A DNA stretch of 64,000 nucleotides from an uncultured Chloroflexia bacterium (GTDB taxonomy: Bacteria > Chloroflexota > Anaerolineae > CG2-30-64-16). The notes under the pieces were generated by a model, which saw only the letters and a program-made list of their open reading frames with translations, was not told where the DNA came from and ran no database searches. Both the position numbers and the translations under genes were made by a program. The stretch is taken from positions 1,408,001-1,472,000 of the forward strand of contig CAWEMM010000006.1 of the NCBI GenBank assembly GCA_963810095.1. Reading direction: 5' to 3'. Shown in pieces: positions 42,606-54,253 of this stretch (position 1 is its first letter; every line of letters starts with the position of its first letter).

Positions 42606-43457
42606 CTAGGGCTCGCTTTGTTTCGCAGGCTGACACACGGGGCAGAAGTGGGTGCTGCGCTGCGTGACCCGAATCCGCTCGATCGGGCCGCCGCACGCGG
42701 GGCAGGCTTTCCCGTACTTCCCATAGACCCGCAGGTGGTTCTGAAAGTAGCCATCTTCGCCGTACGGCGTGCGGTAGTCGCGCAGAAGCGTGCCGCGCTT
42801 GTCGATGGCCTCGTTAAGGACCTCGCGCAGGGAGGCGTAGAGCCGGCCCAGCTCTTCATCGGTCAGGGTGGAAGACTTGCGCAGCGGGTGAATTCCTGCC
42901 CGGTGGAGGGCTTCGTCGGCGTAGATGTTGCCCACCCCGGCGACCGCGGTCTGGTCGAGCAGTAACGCCTTGATGGCGACCTTTCGCTTGCAGATGCGCG
43001 CCGCGAAGTCCTCGGGGCTGAGGTCCCAGGCGAGCGGCTCGGGCCCAAGCTTGCCGGTCACTTCGTCTACGCTGTTAACCAGCCAGATGCGGCCGAACTT
43101 GCGCGAGTCGGTGAACGTCAGCGCGTCCCCGCTCGCACTGCCCAGCGGGGCGAGCGCGAACCAGGCCCGCAAGTGCTTGTCGTCGAGCAAGGGGCTGTCG
43201 GCGGGGACCACGGCCAGCCGGCCCGTCATCCGGAGATGGACGATGAGGGTTTGCCCGTCGTCGAGGTGCACCAGGATGTACTTGCCGCGGCGGCCCACGT
43301 CGACCACCTGGCGGCCGGCCAGCCGCGCTTCGAGCTCGCTCTCCGCGGGCGCGGCCAGGGTGCGGGCCCAGAGAATATGGGCCTCGCCAAAGCGGCGGCC
43401 CGTGATCTGCCCGCGCAGGTCGCCGGCGACGGTTTCGACTTCAGGGAGTTCAGGCAT
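42606..43457 (-). CDS. mutM: Formamidopyrimidine-DNA glycosylase
   Basis: MPELPEVET, RRGKY, HLRMTG, GVGNIYADE, CPAC..CPVCQ zinc finger. Confidence 0.97.
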   Translation of the reverse strand: MPELPEVETVAGDLRGQITGRRFGEAHILWARTLAAPAESELEARLAGRQVVDVGRRGKYILVHLDDGQTLIVHLRMTGRLAVVPADSPLLDDKHLRAWFALAPLGSASGDALTFTDSRKFGRIWLVNSVDEVTGKLGPEPLAWDLSPEDFAARICKRKVAIKALLLDQTAVAGVGNIYADEALHRAGIHPLRKSSTLTDEELGRLYASLREVLNEAIDKRGTLLRDYRTPYGEDGYFQNHLRVYGKYGKACPACGGPIERIRVTQRSTHFCPVCQPAKQSEP

Positions 43458-43490
43458 CTGCAGGCTTTTTCTTCATGGTTCCTGTTGCAC

Positions 43491-43515
43491 AAAAAGGCGG
43501 GCATAGCCCGCCTTT
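43491..43515 (-). terminator. Rho-independent terminator of the ECF/anti-sigma operon
   Basis: Minus strand AAAGGCGGGC-TAT-GCCCGCCTTTTT. Confidence 0.7.
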
Positions 43516-43540
43516 GCATCGTAAGAGAGGACCGGGTCCT

Positions 43541-45516
43541 TCAGTTCGATCGGGCGTCCCACATGGCTTCTCGGGTCAGGGGCAGGAGCCCCACGGCCTT
43601 GCCGTCGACATCGGTCAGAGTCAGCAGCCAGCCGGTTCCGGTATCGTGTGCGGCGAGGATCTGGCTCTCGGACACCCACCGCGGGCCAACGATGCTCGTT
43701 GCGTTTGCAAGCCGCGCCGGCTCGCGGCCAGGCGCACCGGCGAATATCTGGAAATTATCCTGGTAAATGAACTCGTTTCCCTGAGGCGACCAGCTGATGA
43801 ATTCGCCCTGGTTTGTCGACGCGTAGAGCTCAGATTGGGTGCCATCAGCCTTCGCCAGGTACAACTCCTTTGTCGCCAGCGTATCGTCAGTCCACCGAGT
43901 GTATGCCATCGCGTTGCCAACCGGCGACCAATAGACCTCCGACGCATCGACCTGGCCGGCTTCCTTGGCGTCGCCGTTGGCCGTCACCCGGTACAGCTTC
44001 GTCCCGTTTGGCGGCACAGGCGTCCCGTAGTCTGCTGTCGGGATAGCGACCCAAGCTTGCTTGCCGTCGGGCGCCCAGACAACCTGGTTGTCGTAGCCGT
44101 TCTTCCCCGGGCTGGCCGGGAAGGTCAGCACCGTCTTGCTCTTCCCGTCTTTTGCGTCCACAAGGTTCAGGGTGCCTTCGGGGTTTTCCACGGTGCCGTA
44201 CTGCAGGACCAGGTACTGCTTACCGTCCGGCGAAAAATAGGGCCGCCACGCCGCGCCCAACTCGCCGACACGCCGCAGCTTGCCCGTCTCAACATCGACT
44301 TGCCAAACCTCGGTCTTGACCTGCAGCGAGGTCTGGGGGTCGGGGACCACCGCCATCGTGACGGTGAGCGTGTTCGGTTCCGCGCCCCAGCGCGTGTCGC
44401 TGATTGCCCGCCGCACGTAGCCCGTGGGTAGTCCCTCGGTTGGCAGCTTGTTGTCGTCGAGCAGCAGCTTGGGCTGGCCGCCTTCCCAGCGGACCGCCCA
44501 TACTTGCAGGCCCTGCTCGGCGTAGATCCGATAGACGACCCAACGCTGGTTCGGCGAGAGCTGGGGCGTGTTGATGCCGCGGCCCTGCACGAGCTGGCGC
44601 AGCCCGCCGTCCCGGTCGATGGCCCACAAGGCGTTCAGGTCCGAATACGCCATGCGCACGCCCGGGGGCAGCGCTTCGGCCAGCGGCCGGCCGGGCGGGG
44701 TTGCCTCGGGCGTCAGGAACTCGGGCGGAATGCCGACCGGCGACGACGGCCCGCCGCCGCCGCGACCCATCGCGGCCGCACCCATTTCCGGAGCAGCTGC
44801 GGCAGCGGCCGCACCTGCCGCCCCGATGCCGGGCGTCTCGGTCGCAGGCGCGGCCTTGGCCATCAGCGGCGCTTCGACGGTGGGTGAAGGCTCAGGTTGG
44901 GCCGGAGTCGCAGCGGGCGCGGGCGCCGGTGCAACGTCCGCCGCTGCATCGGTGGGCGGGGCAGACATCAGGGCGGGCTGGGGCGCCTCGGTTGCAGCCG
45001 GCGGCGCGTTTTCCGCGCTCGACTGGGCTGCGGACGCGGCGGCTGCGGCGGGAGGCGCTTCAGTGGGGGCGGCGGCAGAAACCGGCTGCGTCTCCGCGAG
45101 TTGTGCGACGGGCGCTGGGCTTGGGACCGCGCGGGCGACAGTCTGCGGCGGGTTCCACGGCGCCTTGTCCGGCTCGCAGCAGGCTGAAGGCGACGAACGC
45201 AACCACCAGGACGGCCGCGACCGCGCCGAGGCCGCGCGCGAGCCCGCCCATCCAGCCGGGCGAGGCGGCGGGCCGGCGAATGCCGACCTGTGCCTCTGAG
45301 AGTGTGAATGCGCGAGGCACCGCGACGCGAGGCAGGGTTTGCAGCAGGTACACGGTGCGGCGCAGGCTGTCCAGCTCTGCCGCGGCACTCCATGCACTGC
45401 TGCAGGTGCGCGTCGATGTACGCTCGCTCGGCCGGCGCAGCCTGTTGATCCAGGTACGCGGAAAGCTGCTCGACCTGGACGTGGCCCCGGACCGGGCCTC
45501 CGAAAAGTGATTTCAT
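43541..45516 (-). CDS. Zinc-binding anti-sigma factor (zf-HC2) with TM, Ala/Pro linker and extracellular TolB-like beta-propeller (indels near 45380 and 45150)
   Basis: LSAYLD..HLQQCMEC, PRAFTL, TM, repeated WSPxG/SPDG blades. Confidence 0.8.
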
Positions 45517-45672
45517 GGAAAACTCACGACCAAAAAGAATACAAACTGTAGCATGCGCCAGGTTGGCGACGAGTGGGGAGCGGGTAGAGCAGTTGCCCAC
45601 CGCCTTGGGCCGCTCCGCCTGGCCTCCGGCCTCGCCGGCGCCTCACCAGCCGTGCTGGTGCCCGCTCTTATG

Positions 45673-46441
45673 CTAACTGTCAGTGAGACGGTAGCTTGCG
45701 GGCAAAAGTTCCTGGTGCTCCAGGAGCAGGTCGCGCACCTTGGCGCGCGCGCGAGAGCCGCGATTTGACGGTGCCCAGCGCCGCACCGGTCGCATCGGCG
45801 ATCTCCTGGTAGTCCAGGCCCTCGACATCAGACAGCACGAGTGCGGTGCGCTGGTCGGGGGGCAGCTGGCTGATCGCCGCCTGGATGGCGACGGCCAGCT
45901 CCTGGCGCATCGCATGATCCTCGGGGCGCTCGCCGCCGTCGATCAGCCGGGAGTCGTACTCGGGATCGTCCTCGTCCTCTTCGCTTTCGAGCGGAGTGGT
46001 GGGCCGGCGCTTGCGTGCGCGCAGCGCGTCGTAGCAGGTGTTGGTAACGATCCGTAGCACCCACGACTTGAACGAGCCCCCGCGGTACTGGCCGAGCCGT
46101 TGATAGGCTTTAATGAAGGCGTCCTGCGTGGCGTCTGCCGCAAGGTCGGCATCGTTTGTGAGCCGGTACGCGATGTTGTAGGCCAGGCTCTGATAATGGA
46201 GGATCAGTTGGTTAAATGCCGGAAGGTCGCCGCGCTGGGCCGCGGCCAGCAGTGCGGCTTCGTCGTATTCCTGCCGTCCGGGTCCGCGGCCGCGCGGACC
46301 GCCCGGCCACGCGTCGTGGTAGCCCTCGTCGCGCACCGATGTGGTCAGCACGACGAAAGATGCCCTGGCGGGCCAGGCTAACGCCTGCCACAGCCAGGCT
46401 GGCGCTCCTATGATATTCCGGGCCAGATCCGTTCGCGCCAC
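45673..46441 (-). CDS. ECF RNA polymerase sigma factor (start uncertain; indel near 45750)
   Basis: GDLPAFNQL, DATQDAFIKAY, FKSWVLRIVTNTCYD, LDYQEIA..GTVKSRLSRAR. Confidence 0.92.
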
Positions 46442-46582
46442 GCTCGGGAATCCGGCCTAAAAAGCTCAGACATTCACCCCACCAGTTACCACAACATGCT
46501 GCAATGGGTGCTGCAGACTGCCGGCACTCGCCCGCAATTCACATCACCGGGAAAGCCGTGATCAGTTACAAGACGAACAAAC

Positions 46583-46611
46583 TTGACCTAAGCACTGCGT
46601 TAGATTATACT
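46583..46611 (+). promoter_or_regulatory. Sigma70 promoter of the tRNA
   Basis: TTGACC-17 nt-TATACT. Confidence 0.7.
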
Positions 46612-46650
46612 CTGGACTTGCATTGCCGGATGCAACGGCTAGCTATGCTT

Positions 46651-46733
46651 GCCGAAGTGGCGGAACGGTAGACGCGACGGTCTCAAACACCGTTGGGGGT
46701 TGCCCCATGTGGGTTCGATTCCCACCTTCGGCA
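46651..46733 (+). tRNA. tRNA-Leu (anticodon CAA)
   Basis: GCCGAAG/CTTCGGC acceptor stem, ACGGT-CTCAAAC-ACCGT anticodon arm, long variable arm, GTTCGATTC T-loop; CCA not encoded. Confidence 0.95.
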
Positions 46734-47029
46734 CTTCTGATCCCGTCCGGGTGCTTTTACACCCGCGACGCCCTCGCTTTCTTCTTTTGTCCTGTTTGTT
46801 GCGAGGGACCTTGCCCTTCGTGTGAGCCGCAGTTGCCAGCGCAATTGCTCATTGCACGTGCGGCGCCATTATAGCAGTCTTGCGGGTTCGGAAGCAAAGG
46901 CTGCGTCCCAAAATCTCAAACGGGGATCTGTCCCAGATGCATGACGCTTCGGGCAGAGCGTCTGAACCGTCCTGCATAGACCACAGGACGCAAAGGGCGC
47001 AAAGCCCTGATTCCCTGCGCGAAAGCCAC

Positions 47030-48361
47030 ATGACAACACACCACCGTCACATCCGCGGCCCCCAAGGCCAGCGGCCGGTTCCATTCCGCTTGGTTACGTT
47101 CCTCGTGCTGATTGTGCTTGCTCTGCTGGCCGCTGCTTGCGGCGGGCGTGGCGCCTCCGGCACTTCGGAGAGCCGCGACGTGTCACTGCGCCAGATCGCG
47201 GCCCAGTACGCGCAGACGGGCGATCTTCAGCAGGCGCAAACGGCGCTCGACAAGCTCAATCTGGCCAATCCGGGCCAACTGCTGTTGGCCCTCGGCGAGT
47301 CGGACATGAGTGCTGGCGCCCCACGGGATGACGTGCAGGCCGTCGCGAACCTGGCCGGCGCCCTCGGCGCACGCAGCCAGAAGCTGGTGGCCTACTTGGC
47401 GCCGCCGGCGAGCGCCGCGCCGACGAAAGATGCAGGCGCGCCACTGGCAGTGGAAACCGTCTTGGCGGTCACCCTCGAGGCGCCGACCGTCGCTCCGTCG
47501 CCCACTGCTCCACCGCCGACGGCCGCCCCTACGGCGACCGCCGAACCTGCGACCGCGACCTCGGCCCCGCCGACGAATAGTCCGACGCCCGAGCCACAGA
47601 ACCCGCGGGTGGTGGCGAGCAGCGACGTGAACCTGCGCGGCGGCCCCGGCAAGGCGTATCCCGTCGTGGCACGGCTGCGCAACGGCCAGGAAGTCGCCAT
47701 CGTCGGCCGCAATGCCTCAGGCGACTGGTGGCAGCTCGAGATGCCCGGCGTCAAGCAGGCTTGGGTAGCGGGCACCGTGGTCAAGGTGCTTGGGGCCATC
47801 GACACGGTCAAAGTGGCCCAGAACATCCCGCCCGTGCCCACCGCTGCACCCCGACCCACGGCTGCGCCGCAGCCACCGGCCGCCGCAGCACCTGCGCCTG
47901 CGCCTGCCCCTTCCGGACCGCATTTCACGCTCGTTGGGCGCCGCCTGTGGACGGTCGAGGAAACCGGCGGCGTGGTGGCCGGGGGCCTGTCGGTTAACTG
48001 CGGCGGCCAGCACACGCTGCACGTCTATGTCAAAGACGCCGCCGGCAACCTGCTGAACGGCGTGACCATTAAGGAGACGGGCGGGGTGCAACAGGAGTTA
48101 GTGTCGGGCAGCAAGGGGCCTGGCATGGCCGAGTACGATCTGTACCCTCCGGGCAAGGACGTGGCCATCGCACGGGACGCGGATGGTCGCCAGGCAACGA
48201 GCGATACGGGCGCTGCGCCGAGTGTTGTCACTGCCATCCCATTTGATATTCTACGCAGTGGGCACTATTGTACGTCTGATGACGACTGCGCTCATCTGGT
48301 ACGGGAGAACGGCTGCACCGGTCATTACTCGTGGGACCTGGTTTTCCAGCGCAACTATTAG
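47030..48361 (+). CDS. Lipoprotein with PT linker, bacterial SH3 domain and C-terminal unnamed domain
   Basis: LAAAC lipobox, VNLRGGPGKAYPVV..IVGRN..WWQ..AWV (SH3b), C-terminal GSKGPGMAE..HYSWDLVFQR. Confidence 0.82.
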   Translation: MTTHHRHIRGPQGQRPVPFRLVTFLVLIVLALLAAACGGRGASGTSESRDVSLRQIAAQYAQTGDLQQAQTALDKLNLANPGQLLLALGESDMSAGAPRDDVQAVANLAGALGARSQKLVAYLAPPASAAPTKDAGAPLAVETVLAVTLEAPTVAPSPTAPPPTAAPTATAEPATATSAPPTNSPTPEPQNPRVVASSDVNLRGGPGKAYPVVARLRNGQEVAIVGRNASGDWWQLEMPGVKQAWVAGTVVKVLGAIDTVKVAQNIPPVPTAAPRPTAAPQPPAAAAPAPAPAPSGPHFTLVGRRLWTVEETGGVVAGGLSVNCGGQHTLHVYVKDAAGNLLNGVTIKETGGVQQELVSGSKGPGMAEYDLYPPGKDVAIARDADGRQATSDTGAAPSVVTAIPFDILRSGHYCTSDDDCAHLVRENGCTGHYSWDLVFQRNY

Positions 48362-48420
48362 CGCACCTACTGATGCCGAGCTGCGCTGACGTGTGTCTCG
48401 GCAGACAGGGAGATTAGCCT

Positions 48421-50164
48421 GTGAAAGAATCCATGATGGAAAACACCCCGCTCTTCTCGGTGCTCACCGAGGAGCAGCGGTCAGTCATCGCAGACCGCAT
48501 GACGGAGGAAAAGCGCCGGGCGGGCGAGATCATCTACCAGCAAGGCCGGCCCGCGGGGGCGCTGTTCCTGATTCGCTCGGGCTGGGCGCGGCTCCTGAGC
48601 GACCAGATGGGCGTGCTCAGCAACGTGGGCGCCGGTTCGCTGCTGGGCGAGACCGACCTGATCCTGGGCCGGGCCTACAGCGTATCGGCCGAGGCCGCCT
48701 CTGACGTGTCGCTCTGGGCGCTGCGCGAGGCTGATCTCAAGGTGATTTTCCAGGAGCAGCCGGCCATCGCGCGTGCGCTGAAGGTGGCGATGGGCGTCAG
48801 CGAGGACCAGACGCTGGAGCGGCACCTGCGGAAGCTCGAGATCATGCAGGGGCTGAGCGCGGCCGACCTGCACGATATCGCGGCGCATCTGCGACCCGAG
48901 CGCTTTGTCGCGGGCCAGACGATCTACCGCCAGGGCACGGATGGCGAGTCGATGTACCTGATCGACGAGGGCCAGGTGCAGCTGACGGGCACGTCGGGCC
49001 TCGTCGCCAGCGTGGGGCCGGGCGACGAGTTCGGCGACGGCGCGTTTCTGACGGGCGAGCCCCGCAGCGTGACCGCAATCGCACTGACCGATGTCATCGC
49101 CTGGTCGTTCGGCCGGGCCGACTTCGAGCAACTGGCGCTGCGCTACCCGATCATGGCGCTCAATCTCAGCCGGGGCGTCTCACGGCGCCTGCGCGAACGC
49201 AACCTGCGGGGCGCGGCAGTGGTTTCCGCGGCAGTGCCGCCACCGCCTTCGCCTGCAGTCACGACCGCGGAGACGGCCGGGGCCCTCACCGCGCTCTATA
49301 AGGCATCGACGACCCCCAAAGCCTCCTGGTGGAGCCAGAGCAGCTACGGGCGCGAAGATCCGCCTGGTGGCCGTGGTGGTCCTCCTGCTCTGGGTGCTGG
49401 GCGCCGCTGCGGTTGCGGTCATCAACTCGCTTGTGTCGCAGAACACGGGCGTCAGCCGGACGGCCCCCATGGCCGCCGGCTTCCAGGAGCGGGCGGTCCT
49501 CGTCGCCCTCGCCGCCGACCTGCCGGTCGACATGACGGCCACCTATACACCGTGGCCCACCGAGACGCCGCTGCCCACGCCGACCTTCACGCCGACGGCA
49601 ACGCCGACCAACACGCCCATCCCGACGGCCACGTTTACCCCAATGCCGACCGACACCCCGGTGCCGCCGACCAAGACGCCTGTGCCGACGCGCGTGCCGG
49701 TCAAGGCGGTTGCCCGTGCCGCGGCTGCGCCGGTGGCCGCCGCTGCGCCGGCCGTCCAAGCGGCAAAGGCCGTTGCCGCACCGAGCGTGCAGTTCAGCCT
49801 GGCCGAGATGCGCCACCTCACGCCTTGTGAGAACCACGGCATGCACAATATCTTCGTCAAGATTGTGGATGCCGGCGGCAACCCCGTCGACGGCGTAACC
49901 CTGGCGCAGACCCCCAAGGGGGAATACGGGAATGCCGTGGATCGGCAGGTGACCGGTTCCAAGGGCCCGGGCATGGCCGAGTTCGTGATGTGGAAGGGTG
50001 CGGAGTATTCCGTGTACATCACCGGGGATGGCGCAAATCCGGGCAACACCGATATCGCATCGGGCCTGCATCCCAACTTCCCGGACGAGCCATCGGCCGA
50101 GTGTCCCATGGGCAACACGCTATTCCACAATTCCTGGAGCGTGGTGTTCCGCAAGAACTTCTAG
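48421..50164 (+). CDS. Two cNMP-binding domains, TM, PT linker and extracellular unnamed domain (indel near 49345)
   Basis: GEIIYQQG..LFLIRSG..LLGE and GQTIYRQG..MYLIDEG..FGD..PRS; the second frame gives the TM and RHLTPCEN..GNTLFHNSW. Confidence 0.8.
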
Positions 50165-50190
50165 GCCGCAAGTTGCCGTCGGGCAACGCC

Positions 50191-50245
50191 AACCTCCGAG
50201 GTCGCCTCAGCGTCGCTGAGGGTCAGGACCCCGGAGGTTTTTTGT
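50191..50245. repeat. REP-like palindrome with inner hairpin, followed by a T tract (terminator-like)
   Basis: AACCTCCGAGGTC...GACCCCGGAGGTT TTTT; arms match 51689-51721. Confidence 0.65.
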
Positions 50246-50250
50246 TGCGA

Positions 50251-50280
50251 TTGACACAATCGATCTGCGGGGAGTAAACT
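50251..50280 (+). promoter_or_regulatory. Sigma70 promoter candidate
   Basis: TTGACA-18 nt-TAAACT upstream of the acyl-CoA dehydrogenase. Confidence 0.55.
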
Positions 50281-50389
50281 GGCTTTGCCCTCGCGAATCG
50301 GAAGTGGGCATGCGGTTAGATGACGCACCGCGCATTTACAATAACGGCGATACTGTGCCCCGATCGAGCAAAGGACGGAGGTTGTACCC

Positions 50390-51532
50390 ATGCTGAGCTA
50401 CAAGCTGACCGACGAACAGGAAATGATCCGGGACATGGCCCGGAGTTTTGCAAAGAAGGAAATTCTCCCCGTCGCCGAGCACTACGACACGAGTGAAGAG
50501 TACCCCTGGCCGATCATCAAGAAGGCCAATCCGCTCGGCTTGATCAGCTCCAACATTCCCGAAGCCTACGGTGGGCCGGGCTTTGGCGTCCTCGAAGAGT
50601 GCATCATCAACGAGGAACTGGCGTGGGGTTGCTCGGGCATCCAGACCGCGCTCATGCTGAACAACCTGGCCGCCTGGCCCATCATTTTGGCCGGGAACGA
50701 GGCGCAGAAGCAGAAGTACCTCACCCGGCTGACGGCAGGCGGCGAGCTGGCATCGTACGGGCTGACCGAGCCGGCGGCCGGGTCAGACGTGGCAGGCATT
50801 CTGACGACCGCGGTCAAGAAGGGCGACGAGTATTATCTGAACGGCACCAAGACGTGGATCACGAACGCACCCGTCGCGAGTTTCTTCATCATTTTTGCCA
50901 AGACCGACCCCGCGGGCCGGCACCGCGGCATGACCGCCTTCATCGTCGAGCGCAACTGGCCGGGGGTCAGCGTCGGCAAGCCCATCCGCAAGCTGGGGCA
51001 GCACGCGGCCTGGACGGGCGAAATCGTGATGGAGGACGTGTGCGTACCGGCCGAGAACCGGCTGGGCAACGACGGCGACGGGTTCATGATCGCGATGAAG
51101 GTCTTCGATCGCTCGCGGCCGCCCGTGGCAGCCGCCGCGGTGGGGGTGGCGAGGCGGGCGCTGGACGAGGCAACGAAGTATGCCATGGAGCGCAAGGCAT
51201 TCGGCAAGCCGATTGCTGTGAACCAGGCGATCAGTTTCATGCTGGCCGACATGGCGATGAACATCGAGGCGTCGGAGCACCTGACCCGGCACGCCGCGTG
51301 GCTGATCGACCAGGGCAAGTCGAACGTGAAGGAAGCGGCCATGGCCAAGGCCTTTGCGGCCGACACGGTAATGAAGGCGACGACGGACGCGGTACAGGTC
51401 TTCGGCGGCTACGGCTACAGCGCTGAATACCCTGTCGAGAAGCTGATGCGCGACGCCAAGATTTACCAGATTTACGAGGGCACGAGCCAGATCCAGCGGG
51501 TAATCATCGCACGCGAGCTGACAAAGGGCTGA
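50390..51532 (+). CDS. Acyl-CoA dehydrogenase (short/medium chain type)
   Basis: [47 protein letters not shown]. Confidence 0.96.
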   Translation: MLSYKLTDEQEMIRDMARSFAKKEILPVAEHYDTSEEYPWPIIKKANPLGLISSNIPEAYGGPGFGVLEECIINEELAWGCSGIQTALMLNNLAAWPIILAGNEAQKQKYLTRLTAGGELASYGLTEPAAGSDVAGILTTAVKKGDEYYLNGTKTWITNAPVASFFIIFAKTDPAGRHRGMTAFIVERNWPGVSVGKPIRKLGQHAAWTGEIVMEDVCVPAENRLGNDGDGFMIAMKVFDRSRPPVAAAAVGVARRALDEATKYAMERKAFGKPIAVNQAISFMLADMAMNIEASEHLTRHAAWLIDQGKSNVKEAAMAKAFAADTVMKATTDAVQVFGGYGYSAEYPVEKLMRDAKIYQIYEGTSQIQRVIIARELTKG

Positions 51533-51535
51533 GAC

Positions 51536-51624
51536 GAATTAGGACACTGATTGAACTGTTGAGACGGATGCACCTGATCTCTTTCGCAAAGACAGGGCAG
51601 ATCAGTTCAATATGCGTCCCATTC
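51536..51624. repeat. Family B terminal-inverted-repeat element, copy 2 (inverted)
   Basis: AGGACACTGATTGAAC...ATCAGTTCAATATGCGTCCCATTC. Confidence 0.75.
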
Positions 51625-51688
51625 CAGGTCAAAACGCTGACCGCGCCGATGGTCATGACGGTCGCGGGGCCGGGCGCGTACCAAACCC

Positions 51689-51721
51689 AGACCTCGGAGG
51701 TTTTCAAAACCTCCGAGGTCT
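51689..51721. repeat. Perfect REP-like palindrome
   Basis: AGACCTCGGAGGTTTT-C-AAAACCTCCGAGGTCT. Confidence 0.8.
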
Positions 51722-51743
51722 TTGATCGTTTCACGGAGGAAGC

Positions 51744-54240
51744 ATGCCGCCATTGGTGAAAGCAACCGCCGCCACGCTAAGCGCCACCCTGACCGGCGTT
51801 GGTCGCGCCCGCCGGCCCACGCTGAAAGGCCATCTGCGACTCCCCGAGTTGAGCGGCCCGGTCGAGGTCTTTCGGGATGCGTGGGGGGTGCCCCATCTCT
51901 ACGCCGGCAGCGCGGCGGATCTCTGTTTCGCGCAGGGCTTTGTCCATGCCCAGGACCGGCTTTGGCAGATGGATTTCCAGCGCCGCCTCGTCGCCGGCCG
52001 GCTGGCCGAGGTATTGGGGCCGGCGGTGGTGGGCGTGGACCGCAGCCTGCGGGTGCTCGGCATGTACCGGGTGGCAGAGGCGGAGGTAAGCCTCCTGAGC
52101 GCGGAGGCGCGGCGAGAGGCTGAGGCCTACGCCTCGGGCGTCAACGCGGCCATCGAACGGCAGCCGCTGCCGGTCGAGTTCACCTTGCTGCGCTACCGGC
52201 CTTACCCTTGGCGAGCGGCGGACTCGCTGTGCTGGGCGAAGATGATGTCATGGGCGCTGTCGGTCAACTGGGAGAGCGAGCTGCTGCGCGCGAGGCTGAT
52301 CGAAGTGCTGGGCGTAGAGCGGGCCGCGCAGCTCGAGCCGCTGCTGGCAAGCCCGATTGTAACGGGGGGCGAGCGGCGTCCCGCGCACCCCTACGGGCCG
52401 CTGCCGCCGCGGAATGCGGCGCAAGGACGTGAAGGGGCCGCTCAAGCCGACAGCGCACCAGAAATCCACATGCCTTCCACGCCGGGCACCCCCGGCAGCA
52501 ATAACTGGGTCATTGCTGGCGCGCACACGGCCAGCGGCAAGCCCCTTCTGGCGAACGATATGCACCTGTTGGTCTCCGCGCCGGCCATCTGGTACGAGAA
52601 CCACCTTGTCTGCACCGATCCCGGCAGCCCGGTCGACGTCACCGGCGTTTCATTTCCCGGGATTCCTTTTGTGGTCGCCGGGCATAATGACCGCGTGGCC
52701 TGGGGCTTTACCAACGGCTTCCCCGACGTGCAGGACCTGTTTGTCGAGCACCTCCGCCGGACCGAGCGCGGGGTGGAGTACGAGCACCGGGGCCAATGGC
52801 TGCCCGCCGAGGTGCGGCGGGAGGAAATCCGGGTCAAGGGCGAGGCCGCGGTAACGGAAGAAGTCATCGTCACGGTCCACGGGCCGGTCATCAACCGGCT
52901 GGCGGTGGGACTGGCGATGCAGCCCGGCGCGGACGGTCTGCCTGAGCAGCCGCTCGCGTTGTGCTGGACCTCGCTGACGCCCCACCCAATGGTGGAGTCG
53001 CTGCGGGCCATGAACCGGGCGAGTTCGTGCGCCGAGTTCCGGGAAGCCTTGCGCGGCTGGGTCGCGCCGACCCAGAACGTGGTCTATGCGGACACGGACG
53101 GCAACATCGGCTACACCTTCGCCGGTCGAGTGCCGATCCGCCCGCGGGGCGAAGGCCGCGTGCCCGCGCCGGGCTGGACCGGCGAGTATGACTGGGCAGG
53201 CTGGATTCCTTTTGAGGAATTGCCGCACCAACAGAACCCGGCCGAGGGCTACATCGTGTCGGCCAACAACCAGCCGGTCGACGAGAGTTATCCGTACTTC
53301 ATCGGGCGGGAGTTTGCCCTGGGCGACCGGGCCGGCCGGATTGCCGAGCTCATCCGCTCGGGTTCCGCCATCAAGCCGAGCGACATCCGGATCATGCAGC
53401 TGGACCAGGAGGCGTCGTCGCTGAAGCGGCTCGCGAGTGTCTTGGGCGGGCTGGAGCCCTCCGAGCCGGAGCTGCGGGGCTTGGTGACCCTGGTCAGGGC
53501 ATGGGACGGCCGGCTGACGGCGGAAACCCCTGCGGGCACGATCTGCGAGATCAGCGGCCCGCGAGGTGCAGATGCTGGTGATGAGGGCCGTGTTGGGCGA
53601 AGCCGGCGTTAGCGTGACGCCTGAGAACCCGATTCCCCTCGTCGAACGGGTGTTGGGTCGCGGGCCCACCCCTGGGATCCAGGACTTTAGCGCTTTCTAT
53701 CACCGAGTTTGGGAGTGGCTGTACTCGGTGTTGGAGGAGCCGGCGTCGGAGTGGTGGGATCTGGGGGGCGGCGAGACGCGCGACGACGTGCTGCTGGTTG
53801 CGCTCCGGCGCACCTACGACTACCTCGCCGACCGACTGGGCCAGCCTGACCTGCCCGGCTACGCACAATGGGCGTGGGGCCGGCTTCATACCGTGACGTT
53901 CGGGCACGTTGCCGGGCAGGCCCCCACGGTGGCGCGCCATTTCAATCGCGGCCCGTACCCGGTCGGTGGAGATGAAAACACGGTGTTTGCGACCGGCGGC
54001 GGTGTGACCCCCGAAGCCAGCCGGGCCGTGGTCGCGCCGCCCTTCCGCTTCATCGCGGACCTGTCCGACTTGTCGCGCTGCTACGGCTTGCTGGCCCCGG
54101 GCAACTCGGGGCGACCTGACAGCCCGCACTATGATGACCAGGTTGAGGCGTGGTTCAAGGGAAAGTATCATCCGATGCTGTACAAGCGGGAGGATGTGGA
54201 GCGGGGCGCCCGGCGCAAGCTCATTTTGGCGCCGGCATAG
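51744..54240 (+). CDS. Penicillin acylase family Ntn-hydrolase (indel near 53555)
   Basis: RDAWGVPHLYA, AQDRLWQMD, GSNNW nucleophile, LLANDMHL, SANN, PGNSG.P.SPHYDDQ. Confidence 0.93.
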
Positions 54241-54253
54241 GGGGGCTTTCTTT

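Noticed and set aside
46651-46733. tRNA-Leu as an integration site for an island or prophage
   Set aside because: No integrase, no duplicated tRNA 3' end seen, and no compositional shift in flanking genes.
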